Source of the DNA: an uncultured Clostridia bacterium
Lineage (GTDB): Bacteria; Bacillota; Clostridia; Christensenellales; UBA1242
NCBI GenBank assembly: GCA_944349895.1
Contig: CALVNQ010000001.1
Coordinates: 48,948-112,947, forward strand
DNA length: 64,000 nucleotides
Direction: 5' to 3'
Part shown: positions 39,874 to 49,465 of the stretch, in pieces
Layout: each line of letters starts with the position of its first letter
Numbering within the stretch: position 1 is the first letter of the stretch
Program-made: the position numbers and the translations under genes
Notes under the pieces: model-generated
Told to the model about the DNA's origin: nothing
The model's input: the letters and a program-made list of their open reading frames with translations, nothing else
The model's database searches: none

Positions 39874-40911
39874 ATGAATAATCTTAATTATTACGAAAAG
39901 AGAGATTTGGACAATCAAAAAAAAATTAGGAAAATTATAGCAACTCTGCCAGACTTTTGCTATGATTATTTTATAGGTATAGAAAACAATTCTTCTTCCC
40001 TTACAAGATTAAATTATGCTATGGATTTAAACATTTTTTTTGATTATTTAAGTGTTATTTTAAACAAGGAAAAACAATTTATAAATTTAGACGACCTAAA
40101 TAATATAAAGCCAAATCAAATAGAACAATTTTTATCACATTTAAGCTATTATGATATCGACGGTAAAATTATAAAAAACGGAGAAAAAGGAAAAGCAAGA
40201 AAGTTAGCCTCAATAAGGAGCTTATTTAAGTATTTATTCAATCATGATTTAATTTCTTCAAATGTTGCCAGCAAGGTCCAAACTCCTAAGCTCCATAATA
40301 AAGAAATAATAAGGCTGGAATCCGATGAAGTTTCAAGGCTTTTCGATGCTGTCGCTTCAAATAATACTTTTTCTAACAGGCAAAAAGCATATGACTTAAA
40401 TACAAAAGACAGAGACAATGCCATCGTCACTTTATTTTTGGGCACAGGCATTCGTATTTCTGAATGCGTTGGTTTAAATATCGAAGATTTCGATTTTTCG
40501 CAAAATGCGTTTAAAGTCACAAGAAAAGGTGGAAACCAAACCGTTCTATATTTTTCTGAAGAAGTCGCACAAGCTTTAAAAACTTGGATTAAAAAACGAA
40601 GCACTTTAAATCTTGATGAAAATGAACATGCGATGTTTGTTAGTTTACAAAAAAAGAGAATATCTGTGAGAGCAGTTGAAAACTTAGTTAAAAAGTTTGC
40701 AAAAGAAGCAGCTCCATTAAAAAAAATTTCACCTCATAAATTAAGAAGCACTTTCGGTACAAATTTATATAGAGAAACCAAAGATATTTATATTGTGGCA
40801 GATGTTTTGGGCCATAAAGATGTCAATACAACAAAAAAGCACTATGCAGCTATTAGTGAAGACATGCGTAAACAAGTGGCAAATAAAATTAAATTAAATT
40901 GTAATGATTAA
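39874..40911 (+). CDS. tyrosine recombinase (XerC/XerD-like integrase family)
   Basis: The C-terminal catalytic region has GTGIRISE, HKLRSTFGT and GHKDVNTTKKHY. Confidence 0.85.
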   Translation: MNNLNYYEKRDLDNQKKIRKIIATLPDFCYDYFIGIENNSSSLTRLNYAMDLNIFFDYLSVILNKEKQFINLDDLNNIKPNQIEQFLSHLSYYDIDGKIIKNGEKGKARKLASIRSLFKYLFNHDLISSNVASKVQTPKLHNKEIIRLESDEVSRLFDAVASNNTFSNRQKAYDLNTKDRDNAIVTLFLGTGIRISECVGLNIEDFDFSQNAFKVTRKGGNQTVLYFSEEVAQALKTWIKKRSTLNLDENEHAMFVSLQKKRISVRAVENLVKKFAKEAAPLKKISPHKLRSTFGTNLYRETKDIYIVADVLGHKDVNTTKKHYAAISEDMRKQVANKIKLNCND

Positions 40912-40975
40912 ATGTATAATTTTATGATAATTACACATTTTATAGCTGTGAAGGAGAATTGCTTCACATTTAAAT

Positions 40976-41016
40976 AGGAGTTTATAACTATTATCTTGTT
41001 ATAAACTCCTTTTTTT
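40976..41016 (+). terminator. intrinsic terminator after xer-like gene (abuts spoIVB stop)
   Basis: A 13-bp stem pairs AGGAGTTTATAAC with GTTATAAACTCCT, followed by a T6 run. Confidence 0.8.
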
Positions 41017-42217
41017 AAACCATCCAATCACTATATACGCCATATCCTTTTGTTGGGTCTACCATAAAAACATGGGTAACAGCCCCAACAAGTTTACCAT
41101 TTTGAATTATTGGAGAGCCACTCATTCCTTGCACTATACCTCCTGTAAGCTCTAATAATCGTTTATCTTTCACCCTAAAAACCAAGCTTTTATCATTTGC
41201 TTTAGACTGATAATTAGCTTTTATAATTTCTATTTCGTATTCTTCTCTTATACCACTAACACTTGACACAATATATGCTTTGCCTGGATTTACCGAAAGC
41301 CTGCCACCAAGTTTAATAGATAGGTTTGTGTCAATCAAACTTTCGCTATTTGTAATAGAGCCAAAAACACCAAAACGAGTGTTTTTCTCAATTATGCCTT
41401 TGGCATCATCATTTTGTAAAAACATACATCTTAATTGTCCCGGATTATTTTTTTCGCCCTTTTCAATACTCAACAATTTACAATCAAAAATTTCTCCTTT
41501 TGAAACAACTATATCATTATCACTATTTGTTATAGGATGACCTAATGCCGCAAATTTCCCATCATTTTTACCAACGAAAGTTAAAGTACCTATGCCACTT
41601 ACATCATCTTTAACCCATAATCCTAATTTAAATTTACCTGTATTCTTGTCTTTTTCTGCTTTAATAATAGAGGTTAATTCTTTATTATTTCTCTTAAATT
41701 TAACCTTAAAGGTGGAATCTTCACTACTTTCTACAATACTACTTAATTCTTCTAGTGAACTAAAATTTTGTCCATTCACACTTGTAAGTAAATCACCTTC
41801 TTTAAAATCTTCGCTCTTTTCTGTACTCTTAAATCCAGACTCAGTTTCAACGACTTTTTCATTTATCACTATAGCTCCGTTAGTTGAAATAGCAATACCT
41901 ATAGGCACCCCTCCTACATACACTTCTTCTTCATTTGAACATATCACATTCACTTTTCTTATTGGAATAATACCAAATAATTTAAAAATTACCGTCCCTT
42001 CTCGATCATTTAGAGTCCCTACACTTTCGCTATTTTTCTCCATACTAACAGAAACTAAAGAACCAAACATATTCTTATCGTTCGCATTTTGTATTTCATC
42101 ATAAGTAGCCATAAAGCCTTCTGGGAGAGAATAAATTTCTTTAAAACCAATGTTAAAAATAAAAAGCAACAATATTGAAACTGACAAACATATAAGCCAA
42201 TAAACCTTGCCTTTCAT
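41015..42217 (-). CDS. spoIVB: SpoIVB signalling serine peptidase (S55, PDZ)
   Basis: N-terminal TM helix, a PDZ domain (GDLLTSVNG), and the S55 catalytic region (GIGTLTF, GMSGSPI). Confidence 0.92.
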   Translation of the reverse strand: MKGKVYWLICLSVSILLLFIFNIGFKEIYSLPEGFMATYDEIQNANDKNMFGSLVSVSMEKNSESVGTLNDREGTVIFKLFGIIPIRKVNVICSNEEEVYVGGVPIGIAISTNGAIVINEKVVETESGFKSTEKSEDFKEGDLLTSVNGQNFSSLEELSSIVESSEDSTFKVKFKRNNKELTSIIKAEKDKNTGKFKLGLWVKDDVSGIGTLTFVGKNDGKFAALGHPITNSDNDIVVSKGEIFDCKLLSIEKGEKNNPGQLRCMFLQNDDAKGIIEKNTRFGVFGSITNSESLIDTNLSIKLGGRLSVNPGKAYIVSSVSGIREEYEIEIIKANYQSKANDKSLVFRVKDKRLLELTGGIVQGMSGSPIIQNGKLVGAVTHVFMVDPTKGYGVYSDWMV

Positions 42218-42310
42218 TTTTCCTCCATAAAAAAACTATTTTGAAGATTTCAAAATCCAATCTAGAAATTTACTTTCTGTCAAAAATAGTTTCTATCATT
42301 ATCTTAAATT

Positions 42311-43975
42311 TTATACTAACTTTCTTCTTCCTCGTTCAAAAAGTTCTTTTGAATTTTTCAACATAGCATCGGTGATGTTATGCCCCCCTATAATATGCGC
42401 AATTTCTTCTATAACACTTTCATCATTTTTTATAATCGAAGCGCAACTATATGTATTTTCGTTTTTAATAATTTTTTCTACTTTAATGAAATAATCTCCT
42501 GTTGCGGCAACTTGAGGCAAATGTGTAATAGCTATCACCTGATCTCTTGTTGCTATGCTAGATAACTTCATAGCCATTTTATTACCTACCTCTCCACTTA
42601 TTCCAGAGTCTATTTCATCAAATAACAAAGTTTTCTCATCTGAATTATTAGCAAAAATATTTTTCATAGCAAGCAATATTCTACTCGATTCTCCACCAGA
42701 TGCTGTTTTAGACAATTCTTTTAGTTCTTGGCCCTTGTTAGCTGAAAACATAAAACACACATCATCATAACCATCTTGAGAATAATCTTTTTCTTTAAAA
42801 GCTATTTCAAAATTTGCGTTTTTCATACCTAAATCTGTCAATTCTTCTTCAAGAGCATGTTTAATTTTTTTAGCTGCTTCAAGTCTTTGTTTATGAATTT
42901 CCAAACAAATTTTGTTTATATCATTTAAAACCATTTGTAATTTTTCTTTATAATCTGCCAAGATATTTTCACTGTTATCAAGATCATTTAATTCAATTTT
43001 ATACTCATTTAAGTTACTAAGAACAATTTCAATTGTCCCACCATATTTTCTTTTTAAAAATTTGATTTTATCTTTCCTTTCGTCAAGTCTTTCCAATTCA
43101 TTCGAGTCACAATTAACAGAATTAACAAAACCTTTGATATCAGAAACTATGTCGTCTAAATCTATTTGAATAGAATTTAATCTATCTGCAAAATTACTTA
43201 CTTGTGGGATATCGGTCATTTTTGACATAATTTTTTCGCTTATGTTTATCGAATGTAGAGCATTAGATGAACCAGCATCAAGCAAAGCGATAACCTCATT
43301 TAAATTTTCATAAATATTTTCATAACTACTTAAAAGTTTTATTCTTGAATCCAATTCATCATCTTCACCAATTTTTAAATTTGCTTTTTCTATTTCTTCA
43401 ATTTGGTAATTTAAAAGATCCTTTTTTCTTTCTCTTTCAGCCTCATCTCCTCCCAATTCTTCAATCTTCTTCTCTATTTCTTTCTTTTCTGAGATTAACA
43501 TTCCAAGTTGATTTTTTAAATCCCCAAAATTACAAAATCTATCTAAATATAAGAGATGATTTTTATTTTTTAACAAATCAACATTTTCATTTTGCATAAG
43601 AGAATCTATAAGCTGACCTGATATTTTTTTTAACATAGACTGTGGGCAAAGGGCCCCATTAACTTTTATTGAAGTACGTCCATCGACATACATTATTCTT
43701 GAAATTATTAAATTCTCATCGTCGGCATCCATTTCAGCTAAAACTTGATGAACATTTTTTGAAATAGGATAAAACTCTGCATCAACTCTCATTTGTTCTG
43801 CCCCAGTTCTTAATAAAGACCTATCTGTTTTAAATGATAAAACAAAAAACAGTGCATCAAAAATTAAACTTTTCCCGGCACCAGTTTCACCCAAAATTAT
43901 ATTCAATCCTTTATTAAATTCTATTTCTTGATTTTCAAATAAAGCAAAATTTTTAATAGATAAAGATTTAAGCAT
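42311..43975 (-). CDS. recN: DNA repair protein RecN
   Basis: Walker A GETGAGKS, coiled coils, and the C-terminal SGGE...LFDEIDSG. Confidence 0.95.
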   Translation of the reverse strand: MLKSLSIKNFALFENQEIEFNKGLNIILGETGAGKSLIFDALFFVLSFKTDRSLLRTGAEQMRVDAEFYPISKNVHQVLAEMDADDENLIISRIMYVDGRTSIKVNGALCPQSMLKKISGQLIDSLMQNENVDLLKNKNHLLYLDRFCNFGDLKNQLGMLISEKKEIEKKIEELGGDEAERERKKDLLNYQIEEIEKANLKIGEDDELDSRIKLLSSYENIYENLNEVIALLDAGSSNALHSINISEKIMSKMTDIPQVSNFADRLNSIQIDLDDIVSDIKGFVNSVNCDSNELERLDERKDKIKFLKRKYGGTIEIVLSNLNEYKIELNDLDNSENILADYKEKLQMVLNDINKICLEIHKQRLEAAKKIKHALEEELTDLGMKNANFEIAFKEKDYSQDGYDDVCFMFSANKGQELKELSKTASGGESSRILLAMKNIFANNSDEKTLLFDEIDSGISGEVGNKMAMKLSSIATRDQVIAITHLPQVAATGDYFIKVEKIIKNENTYSCASIIKNDESVIEEIAHIIGGHNITDAMLKNSKELFERGRRKLV

Positions 43976-43987
43976 ATTGTCAATCCT

Positions 43988-44440
43988 TTAACTAATCATG
44001 TTATTTAATGAAACAACTGCATCAGAAGAATATGAGGCAGAAGGAAAAATTAACATTACAGTATCATCACCAGCAACGGCTCCAACAAGTTCCGAAAGAT
44101 TTAATTTATCAATAAAACTACAAACGCCGGAGGCCATACCTTTCAAAGTTTTTACCACAACAATATTTAAAACCGATTTAACTGAAATAACTGCTTCACG
44201 GAAAATGGTAATAAATTTATTGGAAATCTGTTGTTCATCTGACCCAATTATAGCGTACTTATATTTACCCGAGCTGGTCAAAATTTTAGTTAACCCAAGC
44301 TCTTTGATATCTCTTGAAATAGTTGCTTGTGTGATATCAAAATTTGCATTTTTAAGTTCTCTTGCAAGTTCATCTTGAGTTTCAATTTCTTTTGTAGAAA
44401 TGAGTTCTAAAATTTTTGACTGTCTAGCACTTCTTGCCAT
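43988..44440 (-). CDS. argR: arginine repressor ArgR/AhrC
   Basis: I trimmed to ATG 44440 after GGAGGAG. Contains RQSKILELI...QATISRDIKELGL and the C-terminal GAVAGDDT. Confidence 0.92.
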   Translation of the reverse strand: MARSARQSKILELISTKEIETQDELARELKNANFDITQATISRDIKELGLTKILTSSGKYKYAIIGSDEQQISNKFITIFREAVISVKSVLNIVVVKTLKGMASGVCSFIDKLNLSELVGAVAGDDTVMLIFPSASYSSDAVVSLNNMIS

Positions 44441-44488
44441 TTTGCTCCTCCAATCCATATTTACCTTTAAAATAAAGGCATACAGAGA

Positions 44489-44660
44489 CCATGAATATTT
44501 ATAAATTCATATTTATAAATGAATTTTTCATTATTATACAGCATTATTAATAATTATGCAAGTGTTTTTTGTATATTTATTCAATGAATTTTTATAACAA
44601 TTTATAATAATGAAAAATTATAAATATAAAATTTATAAATATAATCAAGCATTCATTTTA
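44489..44660. promoter_or_regulatory. cluster of ARG-box-like operators upstream of argR
   Basis: TGAAT/ATTCA pentamers occur at 44492, 44505, 44520, 44585 and 44651. They include the palindrome ATGAA-TTT-TTCAT (44519-44531). They resemble the TGAATwwwwATTCA ARG box but deviate in spacing. Confidence 0.4.
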
Positions 44661-44661
44661 T

Positions 44662-44695
44662 TAAAAAAATAAAAGCAGTCGTTTTGCGACTGCTT
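44662..44695 (-). terminator. intrinsic terminator after thiI
   Basis: Stem AAGCAGTCG pairs with CGACTGCTT, followed by a T-rich run on the minus strand. Confidence 0.8.
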
Positions 44696-44699
44696 AAAA

Positions 44700-45857
44700 T
44701 TAATTTTCATTAACAATCGAAATAATCTCCTCTCCTTCCAAAGCCTCATTAACTAAACTTTCTATATCTAACATTTTTTCTTGATTTAAGACTTTTGAAA
44801 TTTTAGGTTTAATTATTGGATTTTTAGGTAAAAAGACAGTGCAACAATCTTCATACGGCAAAATAGAAGTTTCAAAAGTGTCAATGTCTTTTGCTATTTT
44901 AATTATATCTTCTTTATCTAGTCCTACACATGGTCTAAAAATTGGCAGATCCATAACAACCTGTTCTGTAACAGTCATGCTCTGCATGGTTTGACTTGCA
45001 ACTTGCCCTAAGCTCTCTCCCGTTATTATGGCGCCAAGATTATTTTTTTTAGCCACCCTCTCGGAAATTCTCATCATAATTCTACGCATTAAAGTAATCA
45101 TGAATTCTGGGGCACATTTTGAATGAATCTCTTCTTGAATTTTTGTAAAAGAAATGCAATGAACTTTAATCTCATCAATATATTCTGATAGCTTTTTTGC
45201 CAATGTTAAAACTTTTTGTTTAGCTTCAGGAGAAGTGTATGGATAACTATGAAAATGTATTGCTTCCAGCCTTAACCCTCTTTTTGCCATCATATATCCT
45301 GCAACCGGGCTATCAATGCCACCTGATAGAAGAAGCAATGCCTTCCCAGACGTAGAAAGTGGCAAACCTCCTTGGCATTTTATTACTTCATGGTATACAT
45401 AGGCCTTCCCATTTGACCTTATATCCACACAAAATAATAGGTCAGGTTTATAAAGCTCTACTCTAGCTTTCGCATTTTGTTTTAGAACCACTTCTCCGAT
45501 TCTCGCTGCCATTTCCATAGAATTAATTGGAAAAGTTTTATCAGCTCTGTTAACATCAATTTTAAATGTTTTATTATATACATCAATTTTTTTAAAATAA
45601 TTTAAAATTTCATCAACTTCTGCAAGAAGTTCGTCCGCTATGCTTAATGAATATAATCCAAAAACTTTTTTTAACCTGCAAACAAGTTCATCGCAGTCAT
45701 CAAATTCGGTAATTAATAAACGACCTCTGGTTTTTTCAAGTTTATATTTTAAACCACTGAGCTTCAATTTTATATTGTTTACCAATGTATTTTCAAAAAA
45801 GCTTCTGTTTTCACCTTTTAAAAACAATTCTCCCATTCTCAATAAAATAGTTTTCAT
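44700..45857 (-). CDS. thiI: tRNA 4-thiouridine synthase ThiI
   Basis: THUMP N-terminus plus the PP-loop SGGIDSPVA. 385 aa. Confidence 0.93.
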   Translation of the reverse strand: MKTILLRMGELFLKGENRSFFENTLVNNIKLKLSGLKYKLEKTRGRLLITEFDDCDELVCRLKKVFGLYSLSIADELLAEVDEILNYFKKIDVYNKTFKIDVNRADKTFPINSMEMAARIGEVVLKQNAKARVELYKPDLLFCVDIRSNGKAYVYHEVIKCQGGLPLSTSGKALLLLSGGIDSPVAGYMMAKRGLRLEAIHFHSYPYTSPEAKQKVLTLAKKLSEYIDEIKVHCISFTKIQEEIHSKCAPEFMITLMRRIMMRISERVAKKNNLGAIITGESLGQVASQTMQSMTVTEQVVMDLPIFRPCVGLDKEDIIKIAKDIDTFETSILPYEDCCTVFLPKNPIIKPKISKVLNQEKMLDIESLVNEALEGEEIISIVNEN

Positions 45858-46972
45858 TTCAATTTCTCCAATAAAGCATTATACCCTTTAATTATGATTT
45901 CTGCTGCCTGTTTCACTTCTGATTCAGACAAATTAGGATTAAAGCTGATCCTAATGGCACCCTTTAACTGGTTTATAGGAATTCCCATATTTTCTAAAAC
46001 ATAATTGCCAGCTTTTTTAGACGAACAAGCACTTCCTCTACCTACAACCACATCTTTCTCAATAACTCTCACGAGCGTTTCTCCATTCACCCCAGGGAAA
46101 ATTATTAATAATATGTAAGGACTTGTAATTCCCCCAACTATTTTAACATCAGGCAAAACTTTCATCTTTTGAAGAAAGCAATCTTTCAATTTAAAAACTT
46201 TTTCATAGTTTTTCTTTATATCCACCTGTTCTGCTACTTTTACCATAGACATTATCCCGGGAACATTTTCAGTTCCAGATCTTAATCCGTATTCTTGTCC
46301 CCCACCGAACACTATATTTTTAAGCCCCGATTTGTTTTTTACATACAATGCTCCAACACCCTTTGGCCCATTGAATTTATGTGCACTTAGCGAGAACAAA
46401 TCAACGTCTGTTTGTTGCAAATTAAAAGGAATTTTACAAAAAGCCTGGACGCCATCAACATGCAATAGAGCAGAAGGAGATTTTTCTCTCACAATTTTTG
46501 AAATTTTGTTCACATCATTTATAACACCGGTGACATTATTAACGTACATGCAACTAACCAACCTGGTTTTATCGTTTAAAACTTTTGAAAGTGAAAAATA
46601 GTCTACTTCCCCAGATTTCAAAAGTGGTACAAATTTAACTATTTTACCTTCTCTCATCATTTCTTTAGCAATATTATATACCGAAGGATGCTCGCCTGCA
46701 GAGAAAACATACTCCCATTTGCCCTCTCTTACACTTCCCCTAATTGCCAAATTATTTGATTCTGTCGCACCACTTGTAAAAATAATATCTCCCTTTTTTA
46801 CCCCCAAAATCTTTTTTAGTTTTTCTCTTCCCTCATTTAAAATATTTGAAATTTCAACCGATTGAATATAAGTGGCAGAAGGATTAAAGAAAAAATCTTG
46901 AGCATATTTTTTATACTCTTCAATTGCGATTTCACTCATTGCAGTTGTTGCTGCATTATCAAGATAAATCAT
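45854..46972 (-). CDS. cysteine desulfurase (NifS/NifZ/IscS family) paired with thiI
   Basis: Class V aminotransferase with PLP lysine SAHKFNGPKG and active-site GSACSS. Confidence 0.9.
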   Translation of the reverse strand: MIYLDNAATTAMSEIAIEEYKKYAQDFFFNPSATYIQSVEISNILNEGREKLKKILGVKKGDIIFTSGATESNNLAIRGSVREGKWEYVFSAGEHPSVYNIAKEMMREGKIVKFVPLLKSGEVDYFSLSKVLNDKTRLVSCMYVNNVTGVINDVNKISKIVREKSPSALLHVDGVQAFCKIPFNLQQTDVDLFSLSAHKFNGPKGVGALYVKNKSGLKNIVFGGGQEYGLRSGTENVPGIMSMVKVAEQVDIKKNYEKVFKLKDCFLQKMKVLPDVKIVGGITSPYILLIIFPGVNGETLVRVIEKDVVVGRGSACSSKKAGNYVLENMGIPINQLKGAIRISFNPNLSESEVKQAAEIIIKGYNALLEKLK

Positions 46973-49356
46973 CTTAAACTTGCTCCATACCTAAATTTTA
47001 AAGATTTTAAAACTTTTTCCATAACAGCAGTAACTTCCTCATCTGTTAGAGTTTTAGAATCAGAAGATAATCTAATATTATAAGCCATGCTTTTAACACC
47101 ATCACCTAAAGATTTATTCCTATAAACATCAAATAAATTTACTTCATAGAATAATTTTCCACAGGCAGAAATTATAGCAGAAATCAGATCTGCATTAGAA
47201 ATTTCTTCCTTGACAATAACAGCAAGATCACGATCAACTATTGGATATTTTGAAACAGATTTAACATGGAACTCTTTATCTTTAAAAGGCAAAAGATTGG
47301 TTAAATTGATTTCTCCATACAAAGTATTTTTTGGCAAATCATAGTTTTTTGCCACCAAAGGATGTAGTTGGCCAAAAGTAGCGTAAATTACTCCATTTTC
47401 ATCAACTAAATCTGCCGAAATACCAGGATGGAGATATGGTTGTTTAGACCTAACAATTGAAAACTTCAAATTAGTTTCACTCACAGCAGATAAAATACAA
47501 GCTTTAAATTCAAAAAATGACATACCAATTGACCCTAAAGAAATATAATTAATTTCTTCAGGGAGTTTAACCACCGGCAAACTTTCAGGCAAATACACTC
47601 TACCGGATTCAAATAAATTAACTTGTTTGTTACCAACGCTGAAATTGTATGCCAAATTAGACAACATAGAGTGAGCCATGGTAGTTCTCAAACAAGAAAT
47701 CTCGTCACTAATTGGGTTTGCAATTTTGACCATGAATTTTCTGTTATCATTTATATTAAGTTTTTCACATATATCAGACGGACAGATTGAAAATGAAACA
47801 GATTCAAAGAACCCATTGAAAACCAAAGCTTTTTTCAGTTTTCTTTCCAATAAAGTTTTGTCATCAAGCCCTCCCTCGGTTACCTTTGACTTATCAAACA
47901 AGGCATTATCACATTTATCATATACATCATAACCATAAATCCTTATGATTTCTTCAGCTAAATCATAACAGTTTTCGAGATCTTCTCTATAAGAAGGAAT
48001 CCACGCCTTGATAATTGATTTTTCAATATTGCACTTAATACCAAGCCCAGATAAAATATTTGAAATATTTTTTTCCGGTACTTTTACACCCAATATATTG
48101 TTAATTTCTTCACAAGAACATTCTATATATTTAGATTCAGGCTTGTGATCAAACTTATCGATTATACCATTAAGAATGTCCCCTAATTGAAGTCTGTAAA
48201 CCAAATTTAATAATCTTTTGATCCCTTGCTCTGCGCTTGAAAAATATACCCCTTTTTCGTATCTAGCAGAAGAATCTGTTCTTACACCAATTTTCTTACT
48301 TGTCAATCTGATAGATTTTAAATCAAAAACAGCTGATTCAATAACGACATCATGAGTTTCATCAGTTATACAAGAGTCAACACCACCAATGACTCCGGCA
48401 ATGACCAAAGCTTTATTAACATCCGAAATTACTAAATCTTGTGAAGAAAGTTTATAAGAATTGTGATTAAGCACTGAAATTGGCTCATTTTCTTTCGCAT
48501 CTCTAACAATGATGCTATCTCCCTCAATTTTAGACTTATCAAAAGCATGTAAAGGTTGCCCCATTTCTACCAAAACATAATTGGTTAAATCAACAATGGT
48601 GTTAATGGACTTTATTCCAACTGCAAATAATCTTTGTCTAACCCATAATGGTGATTTTTCTATCTTCACATTTTTAATAACCGCAGCCATATATCTTGGG
48701 CAAGAATTGCTCTCTCTTAAAACCGAAAGATTATCTTCACTCCTTTCTTGCACACATTCATAAGTCAAATCAGGATCTTTAAATTTTTTCCCCAAAATAG
48801 CACAAATTTCTCTAGCGATTCCAATCACACTCATACAATCAGGTCTATTTGGAGTAATATTTACATCTAAAATAACATCATCTAAGCCTAAAGCCGTATC
48901 AATATTTTGCCCTATCTCAAAGTTATTTGGTAAAATTAATATGCCATTTATGGATGCTCCTTCAAAATAGCTGTCATCAATCCCCAGTTCTTCTCCAGAA
49001 CAGAACATTCCTTCACTTTCGACACCTCTTAATTTAGACTTTTGAATTTTAACACCATTCACCAAATCTGCCCCAGGCAAAGAAACTGGAACAACAGCTC
49101 CTTCAAAGATATTTGTTGCAGCAGTAATGATTTGTACATTTTTATCACCTATGTCGACTTGACAAACTTGAAGTTTGTTAGCATCAGGGTGCTTTTCAAT
49201 TTTAATTATCTTACCCACTTTAACATCATGCAAATGCGCATTTTGATAAATAATTTCTTCAACTTCAAAGCCTGAATTCGTTAATTTATCTGCTAAAACA
49301 TCTGCAGAAACATCAATATCCACGAAATCTTTAAGCCAGTTATAAGTTATTTTCAT
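46969..49356 (-). CDS. pheT: phenylalanyl-tRNA synthetase beta subunit
   Basis: 795 aa, N-terminus MKITYNWLKDFVD, with tRNA-binding, B3/4, B5 and FDX-ACB domains. Confidence 0.95.
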   Translation of the reverse strand: MKITYNWLKDFVDIDVSADVLADKLTNSGFEVEEIIYQNAHLHDVKVGKIIKIEKHPDANKLQVCQVDIGDKNVQIITAATNIFEGAVVPVSLPGADLVNGVKIQKSKLRGVESEGMFCSGEELGIDDSYFEGASINGILILPNNFEIGQNIDTALGLDDVILDVNITPNRPDCMSVIGIAREICAILGKKFKDPDLTYECVQERSEDNLSVLRESNSCPRYMAAVIKNVKIEKSPLWVRQRLFAVGIKSINTIVDLTNYVLVEMGQPLHAFDKSKIEGDSIIVRDAKENEPISVLNHNSYKLSSQDLVISDVNKALVIAGVIGGVDSCITDETHDVVIESAVFDLKSIRLTSKKIGVRTDSSARYEKGVYFSSAEQGIKRLLNLVYRLQLGDILNGIIDKFDHKPESKYIECSCEEINNILGVKVPEKNISNILSGLGIKCNIEKSIIKAWIPSYREDLENCYDLAEEIIRIYGYDVYDKCDNALFDKSKVTEGGLDDKTLLERKLKKALVFNGFFESVSFSICPSDICEKLNINDNRKFMVKIANPISDEISCLRTTMAHSMLSNLAYNFSVGNKQVNLFESGRVYLPESLPVVKLPEEINYISLGSIGMSFFEFKACILSAVSETNLKFSIVRSKQPYLHPGISADLVDENGVIYATFGQLHPLVAKNYDLPKNTLYGEINLTNLLPFKDKEFHVKSVSKYPIVDRDLAVIVKEEISNADLISAIISACGKLFYEVNLFDVYRNKSLGDGVKSMAYNIRLSSDSKTLTDEEVTAVMEKVLKSLKFRYGASLR

Positions 49357-49465
49357 GATAATCTCCTTATTTTGCCTTTTATGTTATAATTTAATAACTA
49401 TTTAAAATATATTAAATTTATCCTAAACATGAGTATTATGTTATGTTTCTATAACATAATAGTAT

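Noticed and set aside
39874-40911. The tyrosine recombinase as a marker of an integrated mobile element or prophage.
   Set aside because: It is a single gene between serS and spoIVB with no cargo genes. I could not find flanking direct repeats, there is no tRNA at the junction, and its composition matches the surroundings. A chromosomal Xer-like recombinase is the better description, although it does sit at a synteny breakpoint.
41280-42104. Antisense ORFs of 86 and 170 aa opposite spoIVB.
   Set aside because: The long open antisense frame is a by-product of spoIVB codon usage. It is Ser/Leu/Phe-rich low complexity with no SD or promoter.
44498-44640. Repeated ATTTATAAAT / TTATAAAT units, considered as a tandem repeat or degenerate CRISPR-like array.
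   Set aside because: The units are only 8-10 nt, irregularly spaced, and made purely of A/T. No repeat-spacer periodicity exists and no cas genes are present. ARG-box/operator clutter in an AT-rich intergenic region explains them better.
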